Numbered from the stretch's first letter, positions 20,324-30,139 are shown. The stretch is DNA of 64,000 bases from an uncultured Aquiluna sp. (GCA_913775595.1 CAJYLB010000001.1:868001-932000), one strand, 5' to 3'. Notes: generated by a model from the sequence alone, not told the origin. A program made the numbers and translations.

Positions 20324-21003
20324 TAGGCCAGCTTGCAGAATTCGTTCAGTGGGTCTACCTGGCCGGCAACAACGATCTGGTTCCCCTCGTTCAAAACTGT
20401 CTCAGGGAATGCAGGGGTGTAATTGCCATCGCCTGTGGTGACAGCAACAACCGTCACGCCGTAGGTGGAACGAATCTTTAGATCGGCGAGAGTCTGGCCA
20501 TCGAAGCTTGCAGGAACCTCGCTCTTAACCATGACGAAGTCGTTGTCGATTGGCACGTAGTCCAAGGTCTCACCAGAGACCATGTGAGCCACCCTCTTAC
20601 CCATTTCATACTCGGGGAAGATGACGTGGTGGCAGCCGAGCTGGTCAAGAATCAAACCGTGGGAGGTGGAGTTGGCCTTGGCCCAGACATTTGGAACCCC
20701 CAGCTGCAGCAGCAGCGCGGTTGTCAGGATGCTGGCTTCGAGGTCAGCACCAATTGCTACCACCGCAGAGTCGAACTCGGTAATGCCAAGCTCCTTCAAA
20801 GTGGTCTCGTCGGTGGTGTCGGCCTTTACGGTCTGCGTTAGCTCCTGAGACATGTTCTGCACGATGCGCTCATCGGTGTCAACGCCAAGAACCTCGTGGC
20901 CCGTCTTCATAAGCTCTCTGGCGAGCGATGAGCCGAACCGACCAAGACCAATCACGATGACGTTGGAGTGAATGATCCGCTTCTTTGTCTTTTCCTTAGC
21001 CAA
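20323..21003 (-). CDS. ktrA: Ktr/Trk K+ uptake NAD-binding subunit
   Basis: IGLGRFG, FPEYEMG, TrkA-C domain. Confidence 0.93.
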   Translation of the reverse strand: MAKEKTKKRIIHSNVIVIGLGRFGSSLARELMKTGHEVLGVDTDERIVQNMSQELTQTVKADTTDETTLKELGITEFDSAVVAIGADLEASILTTALLLQLGVPNVWAKANSTSHGLILDQLGCHHVIFPEYEMGKRVAHMVSGETLDYVPIDNDFVMVKSEVPASFDGQTLADLKIRSTYGVTVVAVTTGDGNYTPAFPETVLNEGNQIVVAGQVDPLNEFCKLA

Positions 21004-22363
21004 TTAGGGGCCTTTCCTTTGGTAATTCATAGTGCCTTCTTGTGACCCTGAGGGCAAGCGCGGACGCGATCACCACAGGGCCCAAGCGGCCGACGAACAT
21101 CAGTATCGATAGCCAGAGCTTCGCAAAGTCTGGAAGATCAGGGGTTATCCCAGTTGAAAGTCCAACAGTTGCAGCCGCCGAGATCACATCGAACAGCAAC
21201 TCGTCGAGGCTGAAGTCAGTTGTGGCTGCAAGGAACATGGTGCTGAAGATGATCAGCATGGCGTAGAGGGAAACCAGAGTCAGCGCCTGGCGCTGAATTG
21301 ACCTCGGTAGCCTGCGGTTACCGACATTCACCGCGGTTTCTCCGCGAACCTCGGTGTAGATGATGAAGAACAGGATGGCGATGGTCGTCACCTTGATTCC
21401 TCCTGCTGTCGAGGCACTTCCTCCACCGATAAACATCATGAAATCAAGTCCCAGCCAGGTGGCGGGGTCCATATCCCCAACTTCAACGCTGCTAAATCCT
21501 CCAGAGCGAGGCATCGCAGACATAAAGGCCGCGTTCCACAGCTTCTCCAAAATGTTCATGCCGCCCAGAGTCTTTGGGTTGTTCCACTCCATCACACCGA
21601 TGAACATCGAACCAAGGGTCAAGAGCACAACCGTGGCGGCAAGGGTCACCCTGGTGTGAAGGGAGAAGCGCTTCGGCTTCCCATTCTGCTGTTTGTTCAG
21701 CCCCCAGATGCGCTCGTGCAGTTCAATCAAGACCGGAAAGCCGAGGCCACCGACAACCACCGCAACCGCAACTGGGGCAACTACAAAGAGATCCTGGGAG
21801 AAAGAGGCCATGCTGTCCGAATACAGCGAGAACCCGCCGTTATTGAAAGCGGATACTGCGTGGAAGAAGCCGTTCCAAATGGCATCTCCCATGGACTCCT
21901 CATAGGTGATTCGCAGCCTGGCAATCAAGTAGATCGCTAGCGCAACCTCGAAACCAAAGTAAACAAGCAGGATGGTACGAAGTAGGGCTGGAACATTATC
22001 AATGCCGACGATCTTTGCCTCAGACAGAGTGTTCAGGCGATCGCGCAGCGAGATGCGACCAGAGATCAAAAGCCCCACGAGCGTCGCAAACGAAACGATT
22101 CCTAGGCCACCGAGCTGAATCAAAAACAGGATCACGACCTGGCCAAAACCAGACCAGTGAGTGCCGGTGTCAACAACGGTTAGCCCCGTGATGCAGACCG
22201 CGGACACGGCGGTAAAAAGCGCTGTTACGAAGTCGGTGGAGTTTCCAGGGGCGGTCGAGAAAGGAAACAGCAGGAAGATGGTGCCAGCCACTACCGCTGC
22301 ACCGAATGCCATGACCACTATCTGGGTCGGGTGCAGGGTCTTCTTGCGACCGTCTTGGCTCAC
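20996..22363 (-). CDS. ktrB: Ktr/Trk K+ uptake membrane subunit
   Basis: Pore-loop motifs CITGL, FNNGGF, RSGGF and TVGLS; STAGGIK. Confidence 0.93.
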   Translation of the reverse strand: MSQDGRKKTLHPTQIVVMAFGAAVVAGTIFLLFPFSTAPGNSTDFVTALFTAVSAVCITGLTVVDTGTHWSGFGQVVILFLIQLGGLGIVSFATLVGLLISGRISLRDRLNTLSEAKIVGIDNVPALLRTILLVYFGFEVALAIYLIARLRITYEESMGDAIWNGFFHAVSAFNNGGFSLYSDSMASFSQDLFVVAPVAVAVVVGGLGFPVLIELHERIWGLNKQQNGKPKRFSLHTRVTLAATVVLLTLGSMFIGVMEWNNPKTLGGMNILEKLWNAAFMSAMPRSGGFSSVEVGDMDPATWLGLDFMMFIGGGSASTAGGIKVTTIAILFFIIYTEVRGETAVNVGNRRLPRSIQRQALTLVSLYAMLIIFSTMFLAATTDFSLDELLFDVISAAATVGLSTGITPDLPDFAKLWLSILMFVGRLGPVVIASALALRVTRRHYELPKERPLIG

Positions 22364-22438
22364 TATTTCAGACTACGCCTCCACTGCCCTGAAATTGGGC
22401 AACCTCCCCACGATACACCCGAGTTAGGCTTGTAAACA

Positions 22439-22798
22439 ATGGATACACGGCTCTTTATCTTCGACGGCGACTGCGCGTTCTGCTCTTCAGCAGCTCGCAC
22501 CTTCCGGAAGATGATCAAGGAGAGGGTTCCCATTCGTCCCTACCAAAAGCTGGATCTTCCCTCCCTGGGACTTAGCGAAGAGCTCACCTCGAGGGCCGTT
22601 TACTACGTGCGTGACGGTAAGTATTTCGTGGCTGCAGAGGCCATTGCCCAGCTCTTCATTGACTCCAAGACCGTATGGGCTATCGCCGGAGTGCTCCTAA
22701 GAATCCCCGGGATTAACTTCCTGGCAGAGCGTGTGTACTACTGGATTGCGAAGAATCGCCACCGCCTTCCAGGTGGCACTCCCGAGTGCTCAATGTAA
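22439..22798 (+). CDS. DCC1-like thiol-disulfide oxidoreductase (DUF393)
   Basis: FDGDCAFC and YYWIAKNRHRLPGGT motifs. Confidence 0.88.
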   Translation: MDTRLFIFDGDCAFCSSAARTFRKMIKERVPIRPYQKLDLPSLGLSEELTSRAVYYVRDGKYFVAAEAIAQLFIDSKTVWAIAGVLLRIPGINFLAERVYYWIAKNRHRLPGGTPECSM

Positions 22799-22852
22799 TT
22801 CGTGCTCACGCGCCTACCTGGAGGGCAAAATCACTAGAGTTATGCCTAGTTT

Positions 22853-22866
22853 TGTAAACGATTACA
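22853..22866 (+). promoter_or_regulatory. LacI-family operator-like palindrome
   Basis: TGTAAACGATTACA, near-perfect palindrome with central CG, 12 nt upstream of the phosphorylase start. Confidence 0.65.
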
Positions 22867-22878
22867 TACAGGCAGGTA

Positions 22879-24351
22879 GTGAATTTGGCTGGCGCAAGCA
22901 TCCTCGTCTATGCGGAGAGGCTCGGTGGCTCGCTTGAGCACATCGAGAAGCTACTTTCCAGCCAACTCGCAGACTTTTCGGGCGTCCACGTGCTGCCGTT
23001 TTTCCACCCCTACGATGGCGACGATGCGGGCTTTGATCCAATTGATCACACCATCGTGGACCCCAGGCTCGGCACCTGGGAAGACTTCCAAAGAATTGCC
23101 GCCACCCACGAGCTAACCGCCGACCTGATTATTAATCACGCCTCAAACCTCAGCCCAGAGTTTTTGGACTGGCAGGAAAAGGGTGAGAAGAGTGAATACG
23201 CCGGAATGTTCCTCACCTTCGACACCGTATTCCCCGAAGGCGGCACCGAGGAAACAATCACAAGTTTTTATAGGCCCAGACCTGGACTGCCATTCACCGC
23301 ATACAACGTTGCCGGCAAGAGAAGGCTCGTCTGGACAAGCTTCATGCCGTCACAGGTGGACATCGATGTCCGCCACCCAGCCGGCGAGGCATACATCGAC
23401 AGGGTCTTGGATGCGTTGCAGTCCGGTGGCGTAAAAGTAGTTCGGTTGGATGCCGTCGGTTATGCAATCAAGACCCCTGGCACAGATTCATTTATGACTT
23501 CCGAGACCCTCGAGTACGTAGCAGAGCTAACTGAGAAAATTCGAGCTCGAGGCATGCGGGTTCTGGTTGAGGTGCACGCTCACTACACCCAGCAGCTGGA
23601 GATTGCACCGCTTGTGGATCTCATTTACGACTTCCAGACAGCACCGCTCCTGCTCCACTCACTATTCACCTCAAACGTCGATGCTCTTGCCAGGTGGTTT
23701 GAGCTCAGACCAGCAAACTGCCTAAACGTGCTCGACACCCACGATGGCTATGGCGTCATCGACGCAGGCCCCATTGGTGGCAGAGACGGGCTAATCAGCC
23801 AAGCTGACATGGCCCATATCTTTGAGGTAGCGGCAAAGAACACCGGTGGCCACTCCGCGAAAGCTTCGGTGGTTCCTCAGTGGTTCGACCTTCCGCACCA
23901 GATCAACGCAACCCTGCCAGCAATCATTGCCGACGACAGCGCCTACGTCCTAGCCCGCGCTGTGCAGTTCCTGCTCCCTGGTGAGCCTCAGGTCTACTAC
24001 GTAGGGCTGTTGAACGGCATGGACGACAAGGCTCTCTTCGCAGAAACTGGCAACGGCCGGGATGTAAACCGCCACAACTACACCCCTGAAGAAATTCAGA
24101 ATTCGCTTAGCTCAGATGTCACGAAAGCCATCCTTGGCTTGGCCCGCTTGAGAAAACATGAGGTCTTTGGTGGCAGTTTTGAATTCAAGCAGCTCAGCTC
24201 CAACTCAATGAGCCTCAACTGGACAAACGAGAACTATGCGCTCACTCTCGAGTTCAGCTTCACGGGTGGAAAGAGTTCGTTCGAGCTGAGACTCGTTGAA
24301 GGTAGTCAAGAGCGAGTTTTCAACTCGATAGCTGATCTAGCAAACCTTTAG
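22879..24351 (+). CDS. Sucrose phosphorylase-family enzyme (GH13_18)
   Basis: DAGFDP, YRPRP, RLDAVGY (nucleophile), EVH (acid/base), LDTHDG, GRDVNR. Confidence 0.9.
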   Translation: MNLAGASILVYAERLGGSLEHIEKLLSSQLADFSGVHVLPFFHPYDGDDAGFDPIDHTIVDPRLGTWEDFQRIAATHELTADLIINHASNLSPEFLDWQEKGEKSEYAGMFLTFDTVFPEGGTEETITSFYRPRPGLPFTAYNVAGKRRLVWTSFMPSQVDIDVRHPAGEAYIDRVLDALQSGGVKVVRLDAVGYAIKTPGTDSFMTSETLEYVAELTEKIRARGMRVLVEVHAHYTQQLEIAPLVDLIYDFQTAPLLLHSLFTSNVDALARWFELRPANCLNVLDTHDGYGVIDAGPIGGRDGLISQADMAHIFEVAAKNTGGHSAKASVVPQWFDLPHQINATLPAIIADDSAYVLARAVQFLLPGEPQVYYVGLLNGMDDKALFAETGNGRDVNRHNYTPEEIQNSLSSDVTKAILGLARLRKHEVFGGSFEFKQLSSNSMSLNWTNENYALTLEFSFTGGKSSFELRLVEGSQERVFNSIADLANL

Positions 24352-24860
24352 CTGCAGTAGCGGGGGTAGAGCTTGGTTAGCTCGAGCAGGTAAGCCTCGC
24401 CACTGAGGGCATCAGATTCAATCTTTGGCTCTTCTCCAAGGGCAATAGCGGTTGCCGTCTCCCCCATTCTTTGCAGCCAGTTGTGCTCGAGGCCTGAGGC
24501 AGACCAAGAATGCTTGCCCGGGGTATAGCGCTCACTCATCGCGGTCCACTTCTCGCCAACTGCCTCGAGCTCCGAGATGCCTCGCTCCTTGTCAGAAGAG
24601 AGCGACTGCAGCGCATACCTGGTTTCCTTCACGAGCACCTGTGCGCTCTGACAGTCGGTCTGGGTCATCCCCACCGCTATGTCGCCGGAAGTAACCACCC
24701 TGACTAAGACCACCAGCGCCACGAAAGAAACTGACAAGGTGTTCGTTAGAAACCAAAGCTTGGATCTTCTCGCCTCTTCCTTGGCGCTCTTGGTGTCACA
24801 AAGAGGGCATGCGGAAAGCTCGGGATGATAGACAATCCCGCACCGCGCGCATTTGGACAT
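24348..24860 (-). CDS. Hypothetical protein: N-terminal zinc ribbon, one TM, extracellular domain
   Basis: CARC...CPLC followed by a hydrophobic helix; ATG 24860 chosen as start. Confidence 0.65.
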   Translation of the reverse strand: MSKCARCGIVYHPELSACPLCDTKSAKEEARRSKLWFLTNTLSVSFVALVVLVRVVTSGDIAVGMTQTDCQSAQVLVKETRYALQSLSSDKERGISELEAVGEKWTAMSERYTPGKHSWSASGLEHNWLQRMGETATAIALGEEPKIESDALSGEAYLLELTKLYPRYCS

Positions 24861-24914
24861 GCTGGGTATAACCGCGAATTGGTGGCGGCTTATTTCTTCC
24901 AATAGTGTTTACAG

Positions 24915-25043
24915 ATGCCCGATAAGCCAAAGCCAGACCTAGAGAAACTATGGAAGCGAGTTGGTCTGGCGCTATTCGTTTTGGCGATCATTGTCGTGGC
25001 CGGGCCGCAAATCATTGATCTTTTCTTCCCCGACTTCAGGTAG
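24915..25043 (+). CDS. 42-aa single-TM small protein (not in ORF track)
   Basis: MPDKPKPDLEKLWKRVGLALFVLAIIVVAGPQIIDLFFPDFR; TAGTGT 6 nt before the ATG; stop 3 nt before the dgcN-like ATG. Confidence 0.65.
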   Translation: MPDKPKPDLEKLWKRVGLALFVLAIIVVAGPQIIDLFFPDFR

Positions 25044-25046
25044 CGC

Positions 25047-26060
25047 ATGAACAAGATAGAAATCGCCGCGCCATACCTTGTCTTTCTTGGCTCGGAAACT
25101 AACCCGTCTTATGCCAAGACAGGCTTTGGCATTGCTGACTGGCAGCGCGAAAAATGCATTGGGCAGTTCCACCTGGCAGGTGGAACTGTGGATCTTGGTC
25201 TCGAAGAGTTGTCGCTCCAAGAAGCATCTGACATTGGCGCAAAGACCCTGGTTATCGGCACCGCGACCGTTGGTGGCGGTATCCCCGATGACTGGCAGGA
25301 TGCACTGGTTGCGGCAATAGAGGCGGGGCTAGACATCGCAGCCGGAGTCCACACGAGGCTTTCCGACCAGCCGAGACTTGTTGAGGCGGCTAAGCAGCAT
25401 GGGCGGAGGCTAATCGACGTGCGTGTGCCTCCAAAAGGAATCCCCGTAGGGACTGGCAAGAAGCGCTCCGGTAAAAGGGTGCTCACCATCGGCACTGACT
25501 GCGCCCTCGGCAAGAAATACACAGCGCTGCAGCTAACAAAAGAACTCAAAGCCGCAGGCGTGGATGCAACCTTCAGGGCCACAGGCCAAACCGGCATCAT
25601 GATCGCCGGAGAGGGCATGCCAATTGATGCCGTGGTGGTCGACTTTGTCTCGGGTGCTGCGGAGATTCTCTCCCCTGACAACAGCGACAGCCACTGGGAT
25701 GTCATCGAGGGTCAAGGAAGCCTGCACCACCCCGGCTATGCGGCTGTAAGCGTGGGACTACTGCTCGGCAGCCAGCCCGATGCCTTTATCGTCTGCACGG
25801 AGGCCGGCAGGACCCACGTTGTGGGTTGGCCAGATTTTGAATTGCCAACTATCGGCGAAGTAATCGATAGGGCTATCGAGATCGGCAAGCGGACTAACCC
25901 GAGTATTCATTGCATCGGCATCAGCGCTAACACCTCAAAACTCTCAGAGCCTGAGGCAAAGCAATACCTCGAGAATCTAGAGAAGGAGTTTGGTGTTCCC
26001 GCCGTCGACCCCATGCGATTTGGGATGGCGGGTATTACAAACTCGATCAAGGGCAGCTAA
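25047..26060 (+). CDS. dgcN: DUF1611 protein, D-glutamate N-acetyltransferase DgcN-like
   Basis: PYLVFLG N-terminus, GTDCALGKKYT, ATGQTG, EGQGSL; adjacent to the epimerase. Confidence 0.85.
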   Translation: MNKIEIAAPYLVFLGSETNPSYAKTGFGIADWQREKCIGQFHLAGGTVDLGLEELSLQEASDIGAKTLVIGTATVGGGIPDDWQDALVAAIEAGLDIAAGVHTRLSDQPRLVEAAKQHGRRLIDVRVPPKGIPVGTGKKRSGKRVLTIGTDCALGKKYTALQLTKELKAAGVDATFRATGQTGIMIAGEGMPIDAVVVDFVSGAAEILSPDNSDSHWDVIEGQGSLHHPGYAAVSVGLLLGSQPDAFIVCTEAGRTHVVGWPDFELPTIGEVIDRAIEIGKRTNPSIHCIGISANTSKLSEPEAKQYLENLEKEFGVPAVDPMRFGMAGITNSIKGS

Positions 26061-27038
26061 ATGAAGTTGAACTTTGAGCCGGTCACCCGTCCACTAGAGC
26101 ATCCCTTTTCAATTACCGGCTACACCTTCCTAAACCTTGAGGCCGTTTGGGTAACCCTGGCGCAGGATGGCCTCGAGGGCCGCGGCGAGGGAGTCGGCGT
26201 CTACTACCTAGGTGACAATCAAAAGGCCATGCTCTCCGAGCTTGAAAGTGTAAAGACGCGGGTTGAGGCAGGCGAGGATCCCCTTGACGTTGCGAAGACA
26301 CTCAAATCAAAGGGTGCTGCCAACGCACTCGATTGCGCCTGGTGGGATCTGAAGTGCAAGCTGGAGAACAAAAGCATCTGGCAGCTGCTAGAGCTCACCC
26401 CAAAGAACCTTCACACGGTCGCAACTATCGGCATTGGCTCCGATGAGTTCATGGCTCAGCGGGCTCACGACTTCGCGGACTGCCAAAACTTGAAGATCAA
26501 GCTAGATGCCGAGAGGCCCGTTGAGCGAGTTAGGGCTGTCAGAGAAGCACGACCCGATGCCGACCTGGTGATTGATGCCAACCAGGCCTGGACCAAAGAG
26601 ATGCTGGATGATCTGCTTCCCTCGCTTGCAGAGCTCGGAGTAAAGATGGTGGAGCAGCCTTTGGGGCGCGGCAGTGATGCAGACCTTGCTGGACTCGAAT
26701 CTCCCATACCCATTGGCGTTGACGAGGGCTGCATGAATCTTGCCGAGTACCAAGAGGTGGCACAGTACTACGACGTTGTGAACATCAAGCTCGATAAGTG
26801 TGGCGGTCTCACCCCTGCACTTGAGATTGCAAAGGCAGCAACTCGGGATGGCAAGCGCCTAATGGTTGGAAACATGACCGGCACATCTTTGTCAATGGCT
26901 CCGGCGTTTGTGATCGGCCAGTATTGCGAATTTGTAGACATCGATGGTCCGCTGCTTCTAGAGAGCGATATCGACAATGGCCTTGAGTTCTTAGCAGGTG
27001 GCGAGGTAACACCACCGAGTAGCTTGCTTTGGGGCTAG
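26061..27038 (+). CDS. dgcA: Enolase-superfamily dipeptide epimerase / N-acetyl-D-Glu racemase DgcA-like
   Basis: KIK, DAN, EQP, DEG, NIKLDK and DIDG motifs. Confidence 0.8.
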   Translation: MKLNFEPVTRPLEHPFSITGYTFLNLEAVWVTLAQDGLEGRGEGVGVYYLGDNQKAMLSELESVKTRVEAGEDPLDVAKTLKSKGAANALDCAWWDLKCKLENKSIWQLLELTPKNLHTVATIGIGSDEFMAQRAHDFADCQNLKIKLDAERPVERVRAVREARPDADLVIDANQAWTKEMLDDLLPSLAELGVKMVEQPLGRGSDADLAGLESPIPIGVDEGCMNLAEYQEVAQYYDVVNIKLDKCGGLTPALEIAKAATRDGKRLMVGNMTGTSLSMAPAFVIGQYCEFVDIDGPLLLESDIDNGLEFLAGGEVTPPSSLLWG

Positions 27039-27469
27039 GAAACAGCCTTTTTTACAAGTCGAACGATCTCTTTTTCAACAGCTGGAGTGAGCTTCATGAG
27101 GGCAAATGCCGTCGGGAAGAAATCGCCGTCGTCTACATTGGCGTGCTCGCTAAAGCCGAAGGTGCAGAAGCGAACCTTGAACTTGCTTGCTGACTGAAAG
27201 AAGCAGATGAGTTTGCCGTCTTTACCTGGCTTGGCGTAGGCAGGCATCCCATACCAAGTCTTAGGTTGCAGTTCCGGTACGGCTCCAAGAACAATCTCGT
27301 GGACCCTTAGAGCCATCGACTTATCCGGCTCGGGCATCTCGTTGATCTTTGACATCAGGTCGCCAACGGGATCCTGCTTTGCCTTGCTGCGAGCTGCGCG
27401 GTATTCGCGGGCCCGCTCCTTCATCGCGGCTCTTTCTTCCTCCGAAAAACCGTCTTGGGACTTTGCCAT
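27035..27469 (-). CDS. DUF1801 protein
   Basis: FSEEERAAMKERA, TWYGMPAYA and CFFQSASKFK motifs. Confidence 0.85.
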   Translation of the reverse strand: MAKSQDGFSEEERAAMKERAREYRAARSKAKQDPVGDLMSKINEMPEPDKSMALRVHEIVLGAVPELQPKTWYGMPAYAKPGKDGKLICFFQSASKFKVRFCTFGFSEHANVDDGDFFPTAFALMKLTPAVEKEIVRLVKKAVS

Positions 27470-27548
27470 CTTGCACTCCTTTGGAGCTAAGGCTAGTGAT
27501 TTCAAAAGTTGCTGGAAGGCATTTGCTACAAGGCGGGTTTTGGTTCTT

Positions 27549-27716
27549 ATGAAGAACCGGCTGATTCTCTTTGCTTATCTGGCGATGTTCTTTGGGCTCG
27601 TTAGTTCCTATGACCTCTACAGCGAGAACGTCTACCTGGTTGCGTTAGCTGGTGCGCTGATACTTGTTGGCGGTCTGATTGCCTGGCTGGTTTCGATTAG
27701 AGGTTCGGCGAAGTAA
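27549..27716 (+). CDS. 55-aa two-TM small protein
   Basis: MKNRLILFAYLAMFFG...LVALAGALILVGGLIAWLV; fills the gap between flanking genes. Confidence 0.6.
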   Translation: MKNRLILFAYLAMFFGLVSSYDLYSENVYLVALAGALILVGGLIAWLVSIRGSAK

Positions 27717-27797
27717 CAAGCTGATACATCTCCACGGCTTCTTATCTACACTTTCCTCTGAGCCTTTCTTTTTGTCAGGCAAAGGAGCCCGATAACA

Positions 27798-29174
27798 ATG
27801 TCGATGAAAGTGACAAATCCAGCTACAGGGGAAGTAGTTGCTGAATATCCTTTTGACACCCCCGAGCAGGTTGAGGGCAAGTTAGCCCTAGCTCAGGGTG
27901 CTCACGAAAAGCTGAAAAGCATGAGCTTCGCAGAGCGCGGCGGGCTAATGCATGCTGCAGCAGACCTTCTCGAGGCTGAAGTTGAGGAGACAGCTGCAAT
28001 GGTCACCCGAGAGATGGGTAAACCAATTGCGCAAAGCCGTGCCGAGGTTTTGAAGTGCGCAAAGAATCTCCGCTACTACGCAGATCACGCAGAGGCGATG
28101 CTTGCTGGTTCAAGCCTTGAAGACCCTGCAAAGGTTGGGGCAAGCGAGGCGGGTAGCATTTGGCAGCCCCTGGGCGTGGTTCTGGCTGTCATGCCCTGGA
28201 ACTACCCGCTTTGGCAGGTGATGCGCTTTGCTGCTCCCGCCCTGATGGCAGGTAATACAGGGGTTCTCAAGCATGCTTCGAACGTGCCCGAGTCTGCGCT
28301 CTATCTCCACGAGCTTTTCACCAGAGCAGGGTTTCCTGAGGGTGCCTTTGGCACTTTGATGATTGGTGCATCTGATGTTGCAAAGGTCATCGACGACTGG
28401 AGGATCCGAGCAACCACGCTGACAGGGTCAGAACCAGCCGGTCGGGCCGTCGCAGAGCGAAGCGGCAAAATGCTCAAGCCCTCCGTTCAGGAGCTCGGTG
28501 GCAGCGACCCGTTCATAGTCACCCCAAGCGCAGATCTTGAAAAAGCGGTGGAAGTAGCGGTCACCGCGCGCATTAACAACAACGGGCAGTCATGTATCGC
28601 CGGCAAGAGATTCCTTGTCTTTGATGAGGTCTACGAAGAGTTTCTTGAGCAGTTCGTGACCAAAATGGGTGACCTGGTCATGGGAGATCCTATGGAGGAG
28701 GGAACCCAGTTAGGCCCTTTGGCGACGGCCAACGGACTGAGAGACATCAGCGAGCTGGTTGAGGATGCCAAAGCAAAGGGTGCGCGGGTTCTGCTAGGCG
28801 GCGAGGCTCCTACAGGGCAGGGCTACTTCTACCCCGCAACCGTAATCGACAACATCACGCCTGAGATGCGCCTAACCATGGAAGAGACTTTTGGCCCGGT
28901 CGCCAGCGTCTACAGGGTCTCCTCGCGCGAGCAGGCCGTCGAAATTGCAAACCAGACCACATTTGGACTGTCGAGTGTGGTTTGGACTCAAGACAAAGCG
29001 GATGAGGCCTTCTATGTCAAGGAGTTAGAGGCGGGAGCAGTGTTTATCAACGGCATGACAATCAGTTACCCGGAGCTCCCTTTCGGAGGCATCAAAGACT
29101 CAGGGTTTGGTCGCGAGCTGTCTGATGCAGGCATCAAGGAGTTCTGTAACCTCAAGACCGTTTGGAAGGCCTAG
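27798..29174 (+). CDS. gabD: NAD(P)-dependent succinate-semialdehyde dehydrogenase (GabD1/Sad type)
   Basis: VMPWNYP, LKHASN, ELGGSDP, GQSCIA, EETFGP; RBS AAGGAG. Confidence 0.88.
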   Translation: MSMKVTNPATGEVVAEYPFDTPEQVEGKLALAQGAHEKLKSMSFAERGGLMHAAADLLEAEVEETAAMVTREMGKPIAQSRAEVLKCAKNLRYYADHAEAMLAGSSLEDPAKVGASEAGSIWQPLGVVLAVMPWNYPLWQVMRFAAPALMAGNTGVLKHASNVPESALYLHELFTRAGFPEGAFGTLMIGASDVAKVIDDWRIRATTLTGSEPAGRAVAERSGKMLKPSVQELGGSDPFIVTPSADLEKAVEVAVTARINNNGQSCIAGKRFLVFDEVYEEFLEQFVTKMGDLVMGDPMEEGTQLGPLATANGLRDISELVEDAKAKGARVLLGGEAPTGQGYFYPATVIDNITPEMRLTMEETFGPVASVYRVSSREQAVEIANQTTFGLSSVVWTQDKADEAFYVKELEAGAVFINGMTISYPELPFGGIKDSGFGRELSDAGIKEFCNLKTVWKA

Positions 29175-29192
29175 AGGAAGCTGGGCAGTGTT

Positions 29193-29339
29193 CTATATGT
29201 CCCGCTGAGGGTTGTCGGTGTCCATGACAGTTTGAATGCGTGACTCAGCCTGGCCTCTATCTCCGCGAATGAAGAAGGTCAGAAGAGTTGCGCCCGTTGC
29301 ACCCAGCAACAGAAGTGCTAGTAATACCTCAAGAAGCAT
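29193..29339 (-). CDS. 48-aa single-TM small protein (not in ORF track)
   Basis: AAGGAG RBS then MLLEVLLALLLLGATGATLLTFFIRGDRGQAESRIQTVMDTDNPQRDI. Confidence 0.7.
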   Translation of the reverse strand: MLLEVLLALLLLGATGATLLTFFIRGDRGQAESRIQTVMDTDNPQRDI

Positions 29340-29397
29340 TTGGATCTCCTTTTCCTTTGCGGGCTAGAACAACCCTTATCGTGGAAAAAGTCCCCCG

Positions 29398-29631
29398 TTA
29401 TTTCTTCCTGGCGCGGATCCTCAGCACTGCGCCCCACATCGCAAAGAAGATTGCGGCAAACATGAAGAGCCAAGCCGAACCCAAAGCCCAGAACTCTTCG
29501 ACTAGAACACCGTCTTCATTGATGGACTGTCCAGAGGCTACGTAGTACACGCCTAGGCCAAAAGTTGCCAGGAGAGACAGGGTCCCAAGGGTGTCAACGA
29601 GTTTATGCAGCTTGGATTTCACAGCCCACAA
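29398..29631 (-). CDS. DUF3955-like small membrane protein
   Basis: Two TM flanking SINEDGVLVEEF. Confidence 0.7.
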   Translation of the reverse strand: MWAVKSKLHKLVDTLGTLSLLATFGLGVYYVASGQSINEDGVLVEEFWALGSAWLFMFAAIFFAMWGAVLRIRARKK

Positions 29632-29633
29632 AG

Positions 29634-30035
29634 CTACTTGCTAACCACGATTACACGGCTATTGAAGCTTTGGTGTTTGGTCACCTTTGTCTGATACCAA
29701 TAGCTGAGGTCAGGCCTCAGCGACTTCGCGTATTCACAAACCAACTTTGCTCGCATTCGAACCGCCAGATTCATGCGGTAGGGGTTGTCTGCGACCCGAG
29801 CGCCAGTGCAGATGAACTTGGTGTTCCCATCAAGTCTTTCGAGGACTGCCCTGATTTCGGCTTTCTGAGTCTCGGTAACTTCCCGAACCCTACCTGGGTA
29901 GTCAGTTAGCGACTTCACTATCACCGGAGCGGTTCTAACCTGGGTAGTTTCTGGCCTCTCCGTCTCTGTAGATGCAGCACTTAGCGGGACAGCTACCAGC
30001 GCTGCAGCCAAAGCGATTGATAGAAGCGACTTCAT
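29634..30035 (-). CDS. Secreted hypothetical protein
   Basis: RBS AAAGGA; signal peptide MKSLLSIALAAALVAVPLSA; C-terminal KFICTG...RAKLVCEY domain. Confidence 0.75.
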   Translation of the reverse strand: MKSLLSIALAAALVAVPLSAASTETERPETTQVRTAPVIVKSLTDYPGRVREVTETQKAEIRAVLERLDGNTKFICTGARVADNPYRMNLAVRMRAKLVCEYAKSLRPDLSYWYQTKVTKHQSFNSRVIVVSK

Positions 30036-30091
30036 GGGATCCTTTCGAGCTTGCCTAGTCCAACAAACTCTGACCCGCGAAATCTTCCTGA

Positions 30092-30139
30092 AGAGCCACC
30101 TGCCAGAATCGAACTGGCGACCTGCTCTTTGCGAGGGAG
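30092..30139 (-). repeat. Duplicate of the tRNA-Thr 3' half (att-like direct repeat)
   Basis: 47/48 identity to 30567-30614; the single mismatch is at 30131. Confidence 0.95.
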
